Positions 34,039 to 46,221 of a stretch of DNA of 64,000 nt are shown piece by piece. The notes beneath the pieces were generated by a model. That model saw only the letters and a list, made by a program, of their open reading frames with translations. It had not been told where the DNA came from and searched no databases. The stretch spans positions 1,280,001-1,344,000 of the forward strand of contig CAWFAK010000005.1 in NCBI GenBank assembly GCA_963813715.1, given 5' to 3'. How positions within the stretch are numbered: the stretch's first letter is position 1; each line of letters opens with the position of its first letter. The DNA is from an uncultured Planctomycetaceae bacterium (GTDB lineage Bacteria > Planctomycetota > Planctomycetia > Planctomycetales > Planctomycetaceae). The position numbers were made by a program, and so were the translations under genes.

Positions 34039-34521
34039 TCAGCGGTTGACGGCCAGCGTTCCCTCGGCCAGCACGCGCATCAGGCTGACGGCCCGGTCGG
34101 GGCCATGCAGAACGGACGCGCTGTGCTTGGCTGCAGCGGGCCGATCGTGCGAGCACTGGGCGATACCGCCGTAGAAGACCAGGTCGCGGCTGCAGTCCTG
34201 GCAATGGGCGATGTGCACCCAGAGTTCCGACGGCAGATCGCTGCGGGACTTGTCGCAGTAATAGGCCCGCATCTCGTCCTCGTAATAACCGCAGGGAGCC
34301 GCCGCGACTTTGAGCTCGATCTGCGAGGTCAAAAATGACTTCACGTAGGACGAGTAGCACAGGGACACCGGGACCAGTGCCACGAACAGCACCGCCACGA
34401 ACTGGCGGGCATTATGGGCTCGGCGACGCCATCGCAGGCGGCGCACCAAACCTTTAACTTCTCCGCCGCACGCGCGCCAGTCATCGCCGTGCAGCAACGT
34501 TTGCTCGTGGTTTGTAGTCAT
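34039..34521 (-). CDS. Single-TM protein with zf-HC2 (HxxxCxxC) motif
   Basis: RRLRWRRR, TM helix, then C..HIAHCQDC; GGAG upstream of ATG. Confidence 0.65.
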   Translation of the reverse strand: MTTNHEQTLLHGDDWRACGGEVKGLVRRLRWRRRAHNARQFVAVLFVALVPVSLCYSSYVKSFLTSQIELKVAAAPCGYYEDEMRAYYCDKSRSDLPSELWVHIAHCQDCSRDLVFYGGIAQCSHDRPAAAKHSASVLHGPDRAVSLMRVLAEGTLAVNR

Positions 34522-34717
34522 CTTTCACTCCGGACTTGCCGCCGAGCGGTCAGTTCAAGTTCCGGCCGGTGCTTCCCTTCATGACGTCACAGTTTGTGAA
34601 CGTCCGGCCCGCTAGTTCGGTCGGTCGACGATTGCCCGATTTCAGTCTTAATTCTTCCGGAAACTGGGGAAGGCGTCTGTGTAAAACCTCACGATACCGG
34701 CGAAAAAAGCTCAATTC

Positions 34718-35470
34718 CTAAAACTGCTCCTCGCGGGCCGGTTCTCGCCATAAGTCCCTGGTGCGTTTAAGGCTAGGCACAGGCACTTCGATCTCAGCCG
34801 CCAATTTGCCAACCTCGTGCAGGATGATTTCCTTGCGGCTGGTCGTCAGAGCCCCCTCATCCTGCAATTCGCCCAAAACCAGGGTCACGGTCTCGCGGGT
34901 GCTGCCGATGATGCTCGCCAGCTCCTGGTGCGAGAGCCGAATGCCGATCGCGATCGACCCGTCTCTCTGGTATTTACCGTATTTTTCCGCCAGATCAAAC
35001 AGCAGATGAACAACTCGCTCGCGGTTGGAGCGGAAGAGGAGCGATTTCAGCCGTCGGTTGAACCGCTGCACGCGCAGTCCCAACAGCTTGTTGAGCCCCA
35101 GGGAGAGCTTGGGATGCTCGTTCATCAGCCGCTGGATTTCCTCGGTCGGAATCACAATGACGGTGGAGAGCTCCATCGCCTCGGCATATTCTTCGCGCTG
35201 AGTCGGCTCGACCAGCGCCAGCTCTCCGAAAAGCTCGCCCGGATCGATGAGCGCCAGCACGGCCTGCTTGCCATCCTGGGTGTTGTGAAAGATTTTCACC
35301 CGCCCGGACGACAGGACCAGCACGCAATCGCCCAGGTCCGAGGGAACATAAATCAGCATGCCGCGCTTGAAATCTCGCGACTTGGACCGTCCTTCGAGCC
35401 GCCGCACCTGCTCATCGGTGAGACATTGGAAGAGCGAACAGTCCTTCAGGTACCAGAACTTTTTATCCAT
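34718..35470 (-). CDS. Crp/Fnr family transcriptional regulator
   Basis: GRVKI, GELFGELAL, LSHQELASIIGSTRETV HTH. Confidence 0.95.
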   Translation of the reverse strand: MDKKFWYLKDCSLFQCLTDEQVRRLEGRSKSRDFKRGMLIYVPSDLGDCVLVLSSGRVKIFHNTQDGKQAVLALIDPGELFGELALVEPTQREEYAEAMELSTVIVIPTEEIQRLMNEHPKLSLGLNKLLGLRVQRFNRRLKSLLFRSNRERVVHLLFDLAEKYGKYQRDGSIAIGIRLSHQELASIIGSTRETVTLVLGELQDEGALTTSRKEIILHEVGKLAAEIEVPVPSLKRTRDLWREPAREEQF

Positions 35471-35689
35471 TCGGGATGAACCCGTCGCGGCAAGCAGAGA
35501 GGCTGCTGTCGTTAGGACCGTCCACCGTGAAAGGGCGAGTGGTGGAGGTGGAAACGCGAAAAATCTTTCATCCGTCTACGGCGGAGGCGCCGTGCAGCGG
35601 ACGTTCAGCGTGGTGATCCCTTCAGAATATCCCGGCCAAAGGGGAGTCTCAAGCCCCTAAGAGACTTACCATCCGCCCGCCGGAACCGC

Positions 35690-35705
35690 TGTGAGATAGT
35701 TAACA
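35690..35705. promoter_or_regulatory. Putative CRP-type binding site
   Basis: TGTGA-gatagt-TAACA, 9/10 match to TGTGA-N6-TCACA, 220 bp upstream of the Crp/Fnr gene. Confidence 0.5.
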
Positions 35706-35730
35706 AATTGCCATTTAGGCTTGGCGATCG

Positions 35731-36729
35731 TCATTTTCCGTGCATTCGCGAGTGCGCGCGGCTCAGTCGGTCGGCCCAATAAAGCGGCTCCGGTAGCCGG
35801 TGCCCGCAGGCGAACGCCCGCGCTAGCCGAGCCGCGCTGGGCACGTCAATTGTTTGACCGGGTGACACATAGAGCGGCCGCGTGGCGGGTGGCAACGTCA
35901 CCACAGCGCCGACTTCGCGCTCGTCAATACTCACCAGAGCCTCGAACTCGCTCGCGCCCCGAGGCGGTTCTTGGAGGCGGCCGCACAAGAGGGACTTGGC
36001 GACCCCGATCGTCGGAACATCGGTGAGAACGCCGAAGCACGCCGCGATCCCGGCGCCGCGCGGATGCAAGATGCCGTTGCCGTCGACAAACCACAGATCG
36101 AGCGTGGGGAACTCGCGCCGCGCTCGCTCGAAAAGCGCGAGCAGCATCGGCAACTCGCGAAACGTCAATAAGCTAGGAATGTAGGGCAGCCCCGCGCGAT
36201 CGCGATGTGTAGTTGTCCAGACGACACGACCGGATCTACTTTCCACAACCGCGCAACCTCCGGTCGCCATTCCGTCGCGCGAGTACGAAACGTCGAGCCC
36301 AGCGGCCAGGTGTGGCGTGTCGCGTCGCGCGACGAGTCGCACGCGCCGGGCCCAGTCCAGTTGCCGTTCGATCAAACACGCGAGAGGCTGGCCGGAGACG
36401 AAGTCACTAAAACGGATGTCTCCGAAGCGGTCGACTCGCCCATCGTGAACGGCGACTTCCTCGGCTTGCAGCCGCTCCGTCTTTTCCGCAGGCTCGCGCC
36501 CGATGACGTAAAGCCCCAGCTCGCCCCCCTGCCGCACAACGCGATGGCACGAACATGTCTCAGCGTCGTGCGGATGCTCGCGCAGAAACTCGCCGACCCA
36601 TCGGGCGGCAGTCCGTAGTCCCAACGCGTCCGCCAAATCGCCATAGGTCGTCACGCGGCCGCGGGGAATTTGAACCAGCAGCTTGAGCAGTTCGGCAGGC
36701 AGGTCGGGGAGGTCGACGTCGAATTCCAC
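35731..36729 (-). CDS. nfi: O6-alkylguanine alkyltransferase-endonuclease V fusion
   Basis: N-terminal IPRGRVTTYGDLA..ARWVG..SCHRVV; C-terminal GLDVSY, PYIP..FRE, VDGNGILHPR, IGVAKS, RLPEP. Confidence 0.88.
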   Translation of the reverse strand: MEFDVDLPDLPAELLKLLVQIPRGRVTTYGDLADALGLRTAARWVGEFLREHPHDAETCSCHRVVRQGGELGLYVIGREPAEKTERLQAEEVAVHDGRVDRFGDIRFSDFVSGQPLACLIERQLDWARRVRLVARRDTPHLAAGLDVSYSRDGMATGGCAVVESRSGRVVWTTTHRDRAGLPYIPSLLTFRELPMLLALFERARREFPTLDLWFVDGNGILHPRGAGIAACFGVLTDVPTIGVAKSLLCGRLQEPPRGASEFEALVSIDEREVGAVVTLPPATRPLYVSPGQTIDVPSAARLARAFACGHRLPEPLYWADRLSRAHSRMHGK

Positions 36730-36745
36730 GGCCCGCGCGCCCCCG

Positions 36746-37264
36746 TCACAGCTCAACCGGGTCGAGTGCGGCCACGTAGGGCAAGCTGCGGTGCTCGTCG
36801 TTGTAATCGAGTCCGTAGCCAACGACGAAGACGTCGGGAATGCGGAAGCCGCAATAATCAGGCGTCCATTCGGTCTCGCGCGGGCGCTCCTTCCAGAGCA
36901 GCACGGCGGTCCGGACGCTGGCGGCGTCGCACGTCTGCAGCCGCTCGACCAGGGCGGTGAGCGTGCGGCCCGAATCGAACACGTCGTCCACGATCAACAC
37001 ATCGCGGGCGCGGACGTCCGGCAAAAGGTTCAGGTCGATCGAGACGGCGTTTCCCGTCGTCGTCCGGCCCGCGTAACTCAAGGCGCGGATCATCCCGACT
37101 CGGATGGGCAGCTCGATCGTGCGGATCAGGTCCGACACCAAAACCAGGCTGCCGGTCAAAACGCCGATCACCGTCAGTGGCCGACCGCGATAATCGGCCG
37201 TGATCTGCCGGCCGAGTTCGGTCACCCGCTGTTGAATCTCCGCCGCTTCGATCAGTCGTCTCAC
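36746..37264 (-). CDS. hpt: Hypoxanthine phosphoribosyltransferase
   Basis: IGVLTGS, LIVDDVFDSGRTL, FVVGYGLDY. Confidence 0.94.
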   Translation of the reverse strand: MRRLIEAAEIQQRVTELGRQITADYRGRPLTVIGVLTGSLVLVSDLIRTIELPIRVGMIRALSYAGRTTTGNAVSIDLNLLPDVRARDVLIVDDVFDSGRTLTALVERLQTCDAASVRTAVLLWKERPRETEWTPDYCGFRIPDVFVVGYGLDYNDEHRSLPYVAALDPVEL

Positions 37265-37291
37265 GCGATCCGCCCGCTAAACCCGGCTCGA

Positions 37292-37969
37292 TCAAGTGCC
37301 GCGGCGATTGCCAAAGAGCTCGATGTGCAGCCGCGGCGAAACCGAGTACCCGCGGCGGGCCGCCTCGACCCGCAGCCAGCCCGTCTTTTCGCGCACGACA
37401 TCGGCTACGGTCCCCTGCGGCATGAGAAACACTCGCTCGGGTGCGACTCCGCCGATTTGCGCGACATGGCCGTCGACGTCCGCGACATCGACCGGAGTAT
37501 CGATCACGTATTTCAGCTGGTAGCGATACTCCCGCGTCAGGCGCGCGACGACGTCGGTGCGATCGCGAAGAGCCTCGTGGCGCGACGACCAGACCGCGTC
37601 GCGCGGAGTCGAGTTCGGGCGTTTGGGGCTGATCGACATCAGCGCGGCCTGGGCCGGGCGATGCACGGTGCCCGCCGTTTCGATCGTCACGAGTCGCCCT
37701 GCCCGCGCGAGACATTCGGTCAGCGGCACGATGTCGGGCTGCAACATCGGCTCCCCGCCGGTGAGCACGACGTGCTGGCACTCGCACGCGAGGATCCGTT
37801 CAGCCAGCACTTGCCACGATTCCTGCGTCCCCTCGGGCTCCCACGACGTATACGGCGTGTCGCAGTACCAACAGCGGAGGTTGCAGCCGGTCGTCCGCAC
37901 GAAGACTGACGGTGTGCCGGCAAATTCGCCCTCCCCCTGAATCGATTGAAAGAACTCGGCGATTCTCAT
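37292..37969 (-). CDS. queE: 7-carboxy-7-deazaguanine synthase
   Basis: [16 protein letters not shown] radical SAM motif, TGGEP, IETAGT, SPRLH. Confidence 0.93.
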   Translation of the reverse strand: MRIAEFFQSIQGEGEFAGTPSVFVRTTGCNLRCWYCDTPYTSWEPEGTQESWQVLAERILACECQHVVLTGGEPMLQPDIVPLTECLARAGRLVTIETAGTVHRPAQAALMSISPKRPNSTPRDAVWSSRHEALRDRTDVVARLTREYRYQLKYVIDTPVDVADVDGHVAQIGGVAPERVFLMPQGTVADVVREKTGWLRVEAARRGYSVSPRLHIELFGNRRGT

Positions 37970-38676
37970 CGGCGGATGTCCGCTGGATAGGCCAACGGAT
38001 CGGTCTGACCGGCTTCGGCAAAGCCTTTCAACCGCAGGCGGCACGAGTCGCAGTGGCCGCAGGGGTGGCCGGCCGCATCGGGATCGTAACAGCTGTGGGT
38101 CAGCGAATAATCGACACCCAGCGCAGTCCCCGTCCGAATGATCTGCGACTTCGTCATGTCGATCAGCGGCGCATGAATTCGCCAGGTCGCCGTTCCCTCG
38201 ACCCCCGCCTTCGTGCCCAGGTTGGCCATCCGCTCGAAGGCTTGGAGATATTCGGGGCGACAGTCGGGGTAGCCGCTGTAATCGAGCGCGTTAACTCCGA
38301 GATAGATGTCAGAGGCGCCGAGCGCTTCGGCCCAGCCCAGCGCAATCGAGAGAAAGATCGTGTTGCGTGCCGGCACGTAGGTCACCGGGATGCCGTGCGA
38401 CATCTCCGACTCGGCGCGATCCTTGGGCACAGGCAGGTCCGCAGTCAGCGCGGAACCGCCGAACAATCGCAGGTTGAGGGGCACCACGATGTGCTGCCGC
38501 ACGCCGGCTGCCCCGGCGACGCGGCGTGCCGCTTCCAACTCAAACAGGTGCCGCTGACCGTAATCAAATGAGAGTGCGTAGGGTTCATAGCCATCGCGCT
38601 TGGCGACTGCGAGCGCCGTGGCGGAATCGAGCCCACCGCTCAGGAGCACCACCGCGCACTTGCGTTCGTTCTGCAT
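37966..38676 (-). CDS. queC: 7-cyano-7-deazaguanine synthase
   Basis: LSGGLDS, YGQRH, YVPARN, YPDCR, CGHCDSC. Confidence 0.96.
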   Translation of the reverse strand: MQNERKCAVVLLSGGLDSATALAVAKRDGYEPYALSFDYGQRHLFELEAARRVAGAAGVRQHIVVPLNLRLFGGSALTADLPVPKDRAESEMSHGIPVTYVPARNTIFLSIALGWAEALGASDIYLGVNALDYSGYPDCRPEYLQAFERMANLGTKAGVEGTATWRIHAPLIDMTKSQIIRTGTALGVDYSLTHSCYDPDAAGHPCGHCDSCRLRLKGFAEAGQTDPLAYPADIRR

Positions 38677-38782
38677 TCGTCCGTAACCGAGAAGAGAGGA
38701 CTCGCTCGGAGACTAACAAGCTTCGCCGGGTCGTGCAAATTTAGACTCGATCTTGGACGTCCTCTGCGGCCTCTCGGAGCGG

Positions 38783-39949
38783 TTACTGCTGCGCGTCGGA
38801 CGAGTCCGAGTCGGACGACTTTTTGGACGTATGTTTCGTTTTCTTCTTCTTGTGCGTCGTCCCCGCGTCAGAACGCCGGAGCGAAAGCTCCGTACCACCG
38901 GCGTTAAGCTCGGATTTGAACTGCTTGAGGAAACTGCTGCCGAGCACTCCCTTCGTGGTCGTGTTTTCGGCGGGAAGCACGTGGCAAACAACGTTCTTAG
39001 CAGCGAAGCTTCCCACTTGGACCGACTTCAGCACCACCCGTTTTGCCTGAGCCTCGGAGCCATCGGCAGCCTTGGCGGTGGCCTTCGGTGCCGCGTCGAC
39101 GTGGACGCCAGCGTCGACGGCCAAGCGATACGGCAAGACGATGGCCGAAGCCGACGGGTCGACGACGAGTTCACAGATCGTGTCTTCGTTGATCACCACG
39201 GTGGCGTAGGAGTTCTTCTCCTCTTGTCGCAAGGGAATTTTTTCAGAGAGGACATCTTTTTCGAGAGCTTCCAGACGCTTGAGGGAGGATTCAAAACTGT
39301 GCGACGGCTTGAGCGCGCCCGATGTGTGGGCTGCCTCGTTCCACTCTTTGAGGGCGGCGACGACCTCTTTGTCCTGATTCAACTCGGCATACCGGGTCAG
39401 CAATTGATCCGCCACCTTCCGGGCTTCGAAGATTTCCTGCGTGTATTCGTCCAAGGAGGAACTGTCTTTCGCGGGGGAGCTGTCCTTCTTTTTGCGATCG
39501 TCGCCCGCCTTCGTCGAGGGATTGAGCGCTTGCTGGATCTGCGCAATTTGTCTGTCGTTCGCGGCGATTTGGTCGTTGAGCTGCCGAACAACGTCGCCGC
39601 GAAACGCGAACCCTACTCTGTTAATCTCCGCCACTTTATTCCTGAGCACCTCGTTTTGATTTTTCAGTTCCTGGATCTGTTCGGCCGCCTCCTCCTTGTC
39701 GATCCCGCTGGATTGTTGCTGCTTGCTCGCCGCCCCTTTTCGCTTGAGCGAATACGCCGTGGAGACGGACTTCGCGAATTCGCTCTCCGCGACCAGGCTG
39801 CACCCCGTGTGCGTGGCCCGGATTCCCTTCGCGACAAGCTTGGCCTTCGCCTCCGCCTCATCGGCGCGAGCCCCTTCGCCAGAAAGCAACAGGACCCAAC
39901 CGCCAAAAATCGCGACGCCTGAGATGACAAGCAAATGGTGAGTTCGCAT
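38783..39949 (-). CDS. Secreted coiled-coil protein with C-terminal retropepsin-like domain
   Basis: Signal peptide, long helical region, VVDPSAS..AADGS..SVQVG..VLGSSFL. Confidence 0.75.
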   Translation of the reverse strand: MRTHHLLVISGVAIFGGWVLLLSGEGARADEAEAKAKLVAKGIRATHTGCSLVAESEFAKSVSTAYSLKRKGAASKQQQSSGIDKEEAAEQIQELKNQNEVLRNKVAEINRVGFAFRGDVVRQLNDQIAANDRQIAQIQQALNPSTKAGDDRKKKDSSPAKDSSSLDEYTQEIFEARKVADQLLTRYAELNQDKEVVAALKEWNEAAHTSGALKPSHSFESSLKRLEALEKDVLSEKIPLRQEEKNSYATVVINEDTICELVVDPSASAIVLPYRLAVDAGVHVDAAPKATAKAADGSEAQAKRVVLKSVQVGSFAAKNVVCHVLPAENTTTKGVLGSSFLKQFKSELNAGGTELSLRRSDAGTTHKKKKTKHTSKKSSDSDSSDAQQ

Positions 39950-40257
39950 CAATCATTCCCCCCGCGCGAGTCTCCGAGCCGTGGACGTCGGTCTCCGCTT
40001 TACGCCAGCCTATTGCACCCGGTTCGCCAGAAACAATGAGTATTTTCCCGCAACGGGGGCGCCATAACCAGCCCGACGGGGCTTGGCTGGGCAACGTTTT
40101 TGCGCGGAAGTGGCGGGCCCCTTACTGCCGGCTCGATGCACTTGAGCGCCGGCCGTCAGCCGAGGGCCAACTCGCGCGCCACTTGCAGTTGACGCGCAGC
40201 AAGCTCCGCCGCGCAGCTAGTTTTGCAGGGTACAGCCGAGCCTGCTGAAAGACCCGT

Positions 40258-40752
40258 TTAAGCAGGCACGGTCGCGATCAGGTCGTCCGCGAGCTTCTCT
40301 AAGAGCTCGTAGGTCGTGCGCAGGTCCACGTGTTCCCGCGGGCCGGCGTCTGCGCGGCGATAGCGACGTAGCGTGAAGACGCCCGCGCCCTGCGATTGCA
40401 GGAGGACTTCGTAAAACGTTTTCGCGCTGTCTCGCTCGTCGGGCGATTTCGAGCGGACCAGCACCTGTCGTCCTTCGACGTCAGTTTCGAGCGGGCCCAG
40501 CGGCTCCAGCAGATACGTGACGCGAGCACACAGTCGTTCGGCCCATTTCTTGAGCACGTCCGCGGCCGCATTGTTAAGTGCCGGAACCCGCATGCGAACT
40601 TCACGGCAGGAACAGCTCAGCGAATCGGCGGCCGTGACATCGACGGCCAGATCGATTCCGTCCGGCCCCGAAACCGCCACTGTTTTTGCAGCCGGTCCCA
40701 CGTGCCCCGCGAGCTTGAGAACTTCCCCAACGAGTTGCTTGCCTCCACTCAT
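40258..40752 (-). CDS. Hypothetical protein
   Basis: Clean 164-aa ORF with AAGGGG upstream; motifs RVTYLLEPL, VRS..P, FYEV. Confidence 0.75.
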   Translation of the reverse strand: MSGGKQLVGEVLKLAGHVGPAAKTVAVSGPDGIDLAVDVTAADSLSCSCREVRMRVPALNNAAADVLKKWAERLCARVTYLLEPLGPLETDVEGRQVLVRSKSPDERDSAKTFYEVLLQSQGAGVFTLRRYRRADAGPREHVDLRTTYELLEKLADDLIATVPA

Positions 40753-40792
40753 ATCCAGCCCCTTTTATCAATTATATCGTCCGATTGGACGG

Positions 40793-42308
40793 TTATTTCT
40801 GTTTCATTTCGTGCTGCGAGCCGTCGAACGAAATGATCGTCGCCTTGTCGTCCACGATCGTTTCGATATGCACGGGCCTCAGCCATAGACGCTGCAAATT
40901 TGCCAGCGTGTCTCGGGCATAGTCGAGTTTCAGCTCGATTCCCTGAAATTTGTGCCTTAAAAACAGCTCGCCGCGATTGCGGTAGTTACCGTCGACGACA
41001 TAGATGAACGGCCGTCCATGATTGGTCAGCCCGTTCAACAACTGCTGTTTGATCTGCGGAAAATCGCGGGAAATGATCTCGTAGTAGTTCGATTGCTCGT
41101 TGTACGCGAACGAGAAGAACTTGTGCTTGATACAGAACTCGGGCGTTAAGAAGGCATCGATGAACGTGACGTCGTTGTGGATTCGCCGCACGTCGAAGAT
41201 CTTGTCCCGGCCCAGCCCAACTTGCTTGTCCCATTTCTCCTTGGCGACGAGATCGTCGCACTCTTCGTACTCGGGACCGAACTGACCCTTGTTCCAGCGC
41301 TCCTCGATGTCGCGGAACAACTCGATCCCCAGCTTGTACGGATTCAGGCGATTGGCGCTCGTGGCCATCGTGCCGCTGTGGTGGTCGGCGTAATCGACGA
41401 CCTCGGCATCGGTCAGCCCGTGGCGGGTCATGATGGTCGAGTGCCAGTAACTGGCCCAGCCCTCGTTCATGATCTTGGTTTGACCCTGGGGCGCGAAGTA
41501 ATAGGCTTCGTCCCGCACGATGGCCAATACGTCGCGCTGCCAGTCTTTGAGCGGCGCGTGCTCGAGCAGGAACAACAGCACGTCGCGCATCGGCTCTTCG
41601 GGGAACGAGCGGTTGTCTTCCTTCTCCTGCTGCTTTTGCTGCCGCTCTCGCGATTGCCGCTCGATGACCTCGGGCGGATTGATGAACGAATCCATGTATC
41701 CCTTGGAGGGGAACTTCAGATCGTACTCTTCCTCTTTCTCTTGGCGCTTGTTCTTGATCCGCTGGTCGACCGGGGGAGGCGTCCGCTTGATGTGCGGCGC
41801 GTGCGGGTCGATCAGGTCCTCCAGCGACAAGCAGGCGTCGATGAACAGCTCGACATTGTCTGCCCCGTAACGATCGCAATATCGGTTGACGCGGGCGGCG
41901 TGGTTGGCCATCTCGTCGAGCATGCGGCGGTTGGTGCGGGCAAACCAGGCATTGTTTTTGAAGAAGTCACAGTGCCCGTAGACGTGGGCGATCACCAGCT
42001 TCTGGTCGCCCAGCGCATTGGCCCGTAGGAGATAGGCGTAACACGGGTCGGTGTTGATCACCATCTCGTAGATTTTCTGCAGACCGTAGGCGTAGCCCTT
42101 GGTCAGCTCGTCGTACTCGGCCCCGAAGCGCCAGTGCGGATAACGCACGGGAAACCCGCCGAAGGCGGCGAGCATGCTCATCTCTTCGTAATCGACGACC
42201 TCGAAGATGGTCGGGAAGAAGTCGAGACCGTACTTCCGCGCGCTCTTCCATCTCATCCTGCGCGGCCCGAATTTCGGGCGGCAAAACGCGAGCGGCGATT
42301 TGCGTCAT
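40793..42308 (-). CDS. spoVR: SpoVR family protein (frameshift ~42240)
   Basis: GGFPVRYPHWRFG, KIYEMVIN, HVYGHCDFF, TKIMNEGWASYWH. Confidence 0.93.
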
Positions 42309-42348
42309 TGTTCATTCCTCGTCCCGGCCGCAACACCGGCGCGGCGGC

Positions 42349-43459
42349 TCACTTCCCTGTCCCCAGGAACTCCTTGATCGAATCGTAGATCGCTTCCTTG
42401 CCGTCGATCTCCGACAGGATCAAGTTCTCGAACTTGTCGACCACTTTCCGCAGCTCGCGGATGTAGTCGCCCGAGCCGTAGGGGCTTTCCACCTGCCCGT
42501 AGCAGAACAGGTTGCTGCAGGGGAGCAAATTGGCAGTGAGCGTCTTCAGGCAGCTCTCGTTGTCTTCGCCCCAGTTGTCGCCGTCCGAGAACTGAAAGCA
42601 ATAAATGTTCCAGTCAGCGGGAGGGAAATCGCGAGTGATGATCTGCCAGGCGACCTGGTAGGCCGACGAGATGCGTGTTCCGCCGCTTTCGCGCGTGCGG
42701 TAGAAGGTGTCCTCGTCGACTTCGTGGGCGGCCGCGTCGTGCACGATGTAGCGGCGCTGTACGCCGTCGTATTGCCGCTTGAGCCACGTGTCGATCCAGA
42801 AGCTTTCGATGCGGACGATCTCTTTCTGGTCGTCGGTCATCGAGCCTGACACGTCCATGATGTAGATCACGGCCGCGTTCGATTCCGGCTCGGTCACGGT
42901 CTTCCACGAACGGAACCGTTCGTCTTCCCGCATGGGAATCACGATCGGGTTGTCGTAGTTGTAGTTGTCGAGGGTGACTTGCCGCTTGAGGGCCCGCTTG
43001 AACGTGCCGCTTGAAATGCCGCAGCGAGTCGGGACCCGTCTGGCGAATCGACGTGTAGCGATCCTTGCGGCTCTCGAGCGAGTCCTTGCCTTTGGGCTCG
43101 ATCCGCGGCAGTTCGAGCGCCTCGCCCAGCATGTCGGCTAGCTCTTCCAGCGAGATTTCCACCTCGCGGATATGAGCGCCGGGCTGATCACCCGCTTGAC
43201 CCTGGCCGTCGCCGTCTTGTCCCTGGCCCTTGCCAATCGGCTGGCCGACGTCGCCTTCTCCTTGGGCAACGCCGCCGGAGCCTTTTTGCCCGTGGCGGAA
43301 GTGGGGAATGTCGATGGCCGGGACTGGAATGCTGACCAGCTCGCGACCCGTCCGACCGATCATCTCGCCGTGCGTAATGTACTTCCGCAGGTTTTCGCGA
43401 ACCTTACCGCGAAGGATCTGCTTGAAGCGGCCGAGGTCTCGATCAATGCTGCGGGTCAT
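42349..43459 (-). CDS. DUF444 (YeaH/YhbH) vWA-like protein (frameshift ~43007)
   Basis: [34 protein letters not shown]. Confidence 0.92.
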
Positions 43460-43464
43460 CGTTT

Positions 43465-43557
43465 GGTCCAACCTCCAAGGTCCAAAGTCCAAAGTCGGGC
43501 GAAAAGAGCCGTATCTGGCCCTGACGACCTTGGACTTTGGACATTGGACCTTGGACT
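43465..43557. repeat. Inverted pair of heptamer tandem repeats (GGTCCAA)n ... (TTGGACC)n
   Basis: Left arm 43465-43496 and right arm 43526-43557, each about 4.5 units, mutually complementary. Confidence 0.85.
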
Positions 43558-43563
43558 AACTCA

Positions 43564-45615
<2,052 letters not shown>

Positions 45616-46221
45616 GGAACCACTCCTTGTGCTGCCCGAGTAAGTCTGCTGCCCGAAGTTAGAGCTTTAAAGCCCCGTTTTCCGGCAGTCGGGACCGCGC
45701 ATATTCAGGCACCTCGTCGGACCGGAATGGCTTCACGGTGCCGCGGGGCGCGGGTGTGACCATCCCTGGCCTGGTAATCAAGTTGTGAGGAAATGGGAAC
45801 TGGGCATAGACGGCTTGGGTCGGCACGACCTCAAGCCAAAGGGCCACTTCCACGCGGATGCCACATTCGGTGAGCACCCTGAATTATCGCAATTCCTGTA
45901 CCCCTGGCAATATCAATGTCGGTACATGGAAGTGGGCCTTCTCGATTGTACGCCCTGAATTTCCGCGGTGTTGGAGGCCGTTGGTCGAGAGTCAACCGAT
46001 TCCTCGCAACCCGGCGCGATTAGAGCCGGTTATTCGTGCCCCTCTGCACCGCGCTGAATTCGGTCAGAGAATTCGATTAGAATCGACCTTCCAAACGAAA
46101 CGATTCCGCTCCCAGCAGACCGCGAAGATTCGGCCCCTACGACGGCGTTTAACCGCGCGTTTCACCTTCTCACCCGACTCCCCGCGGGACGGCTCCGGCG
46201 TCCCGCACAGGATCCAATCGA

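Noticed and set aside
34575..34600. Second CRP site (TCACA-gtt-TGTGA)
   Set aside because: Half-sites are in the wrong order and spacing for a CRP box.
37292..38676. 7-deazaguanine DNA-modification or QueC-based defence island
   Set aside because: No dpdA/tgt-like, qat or other defence genes nearby; the proteins look like canonical queuosine-pathway enzymes.
45620..46220. Sigma54 promoter or ncRNA upstream of prkA
   Set aside because: Candidate sites have wrong spacing or lack the -12 GC; no clear structure seen.
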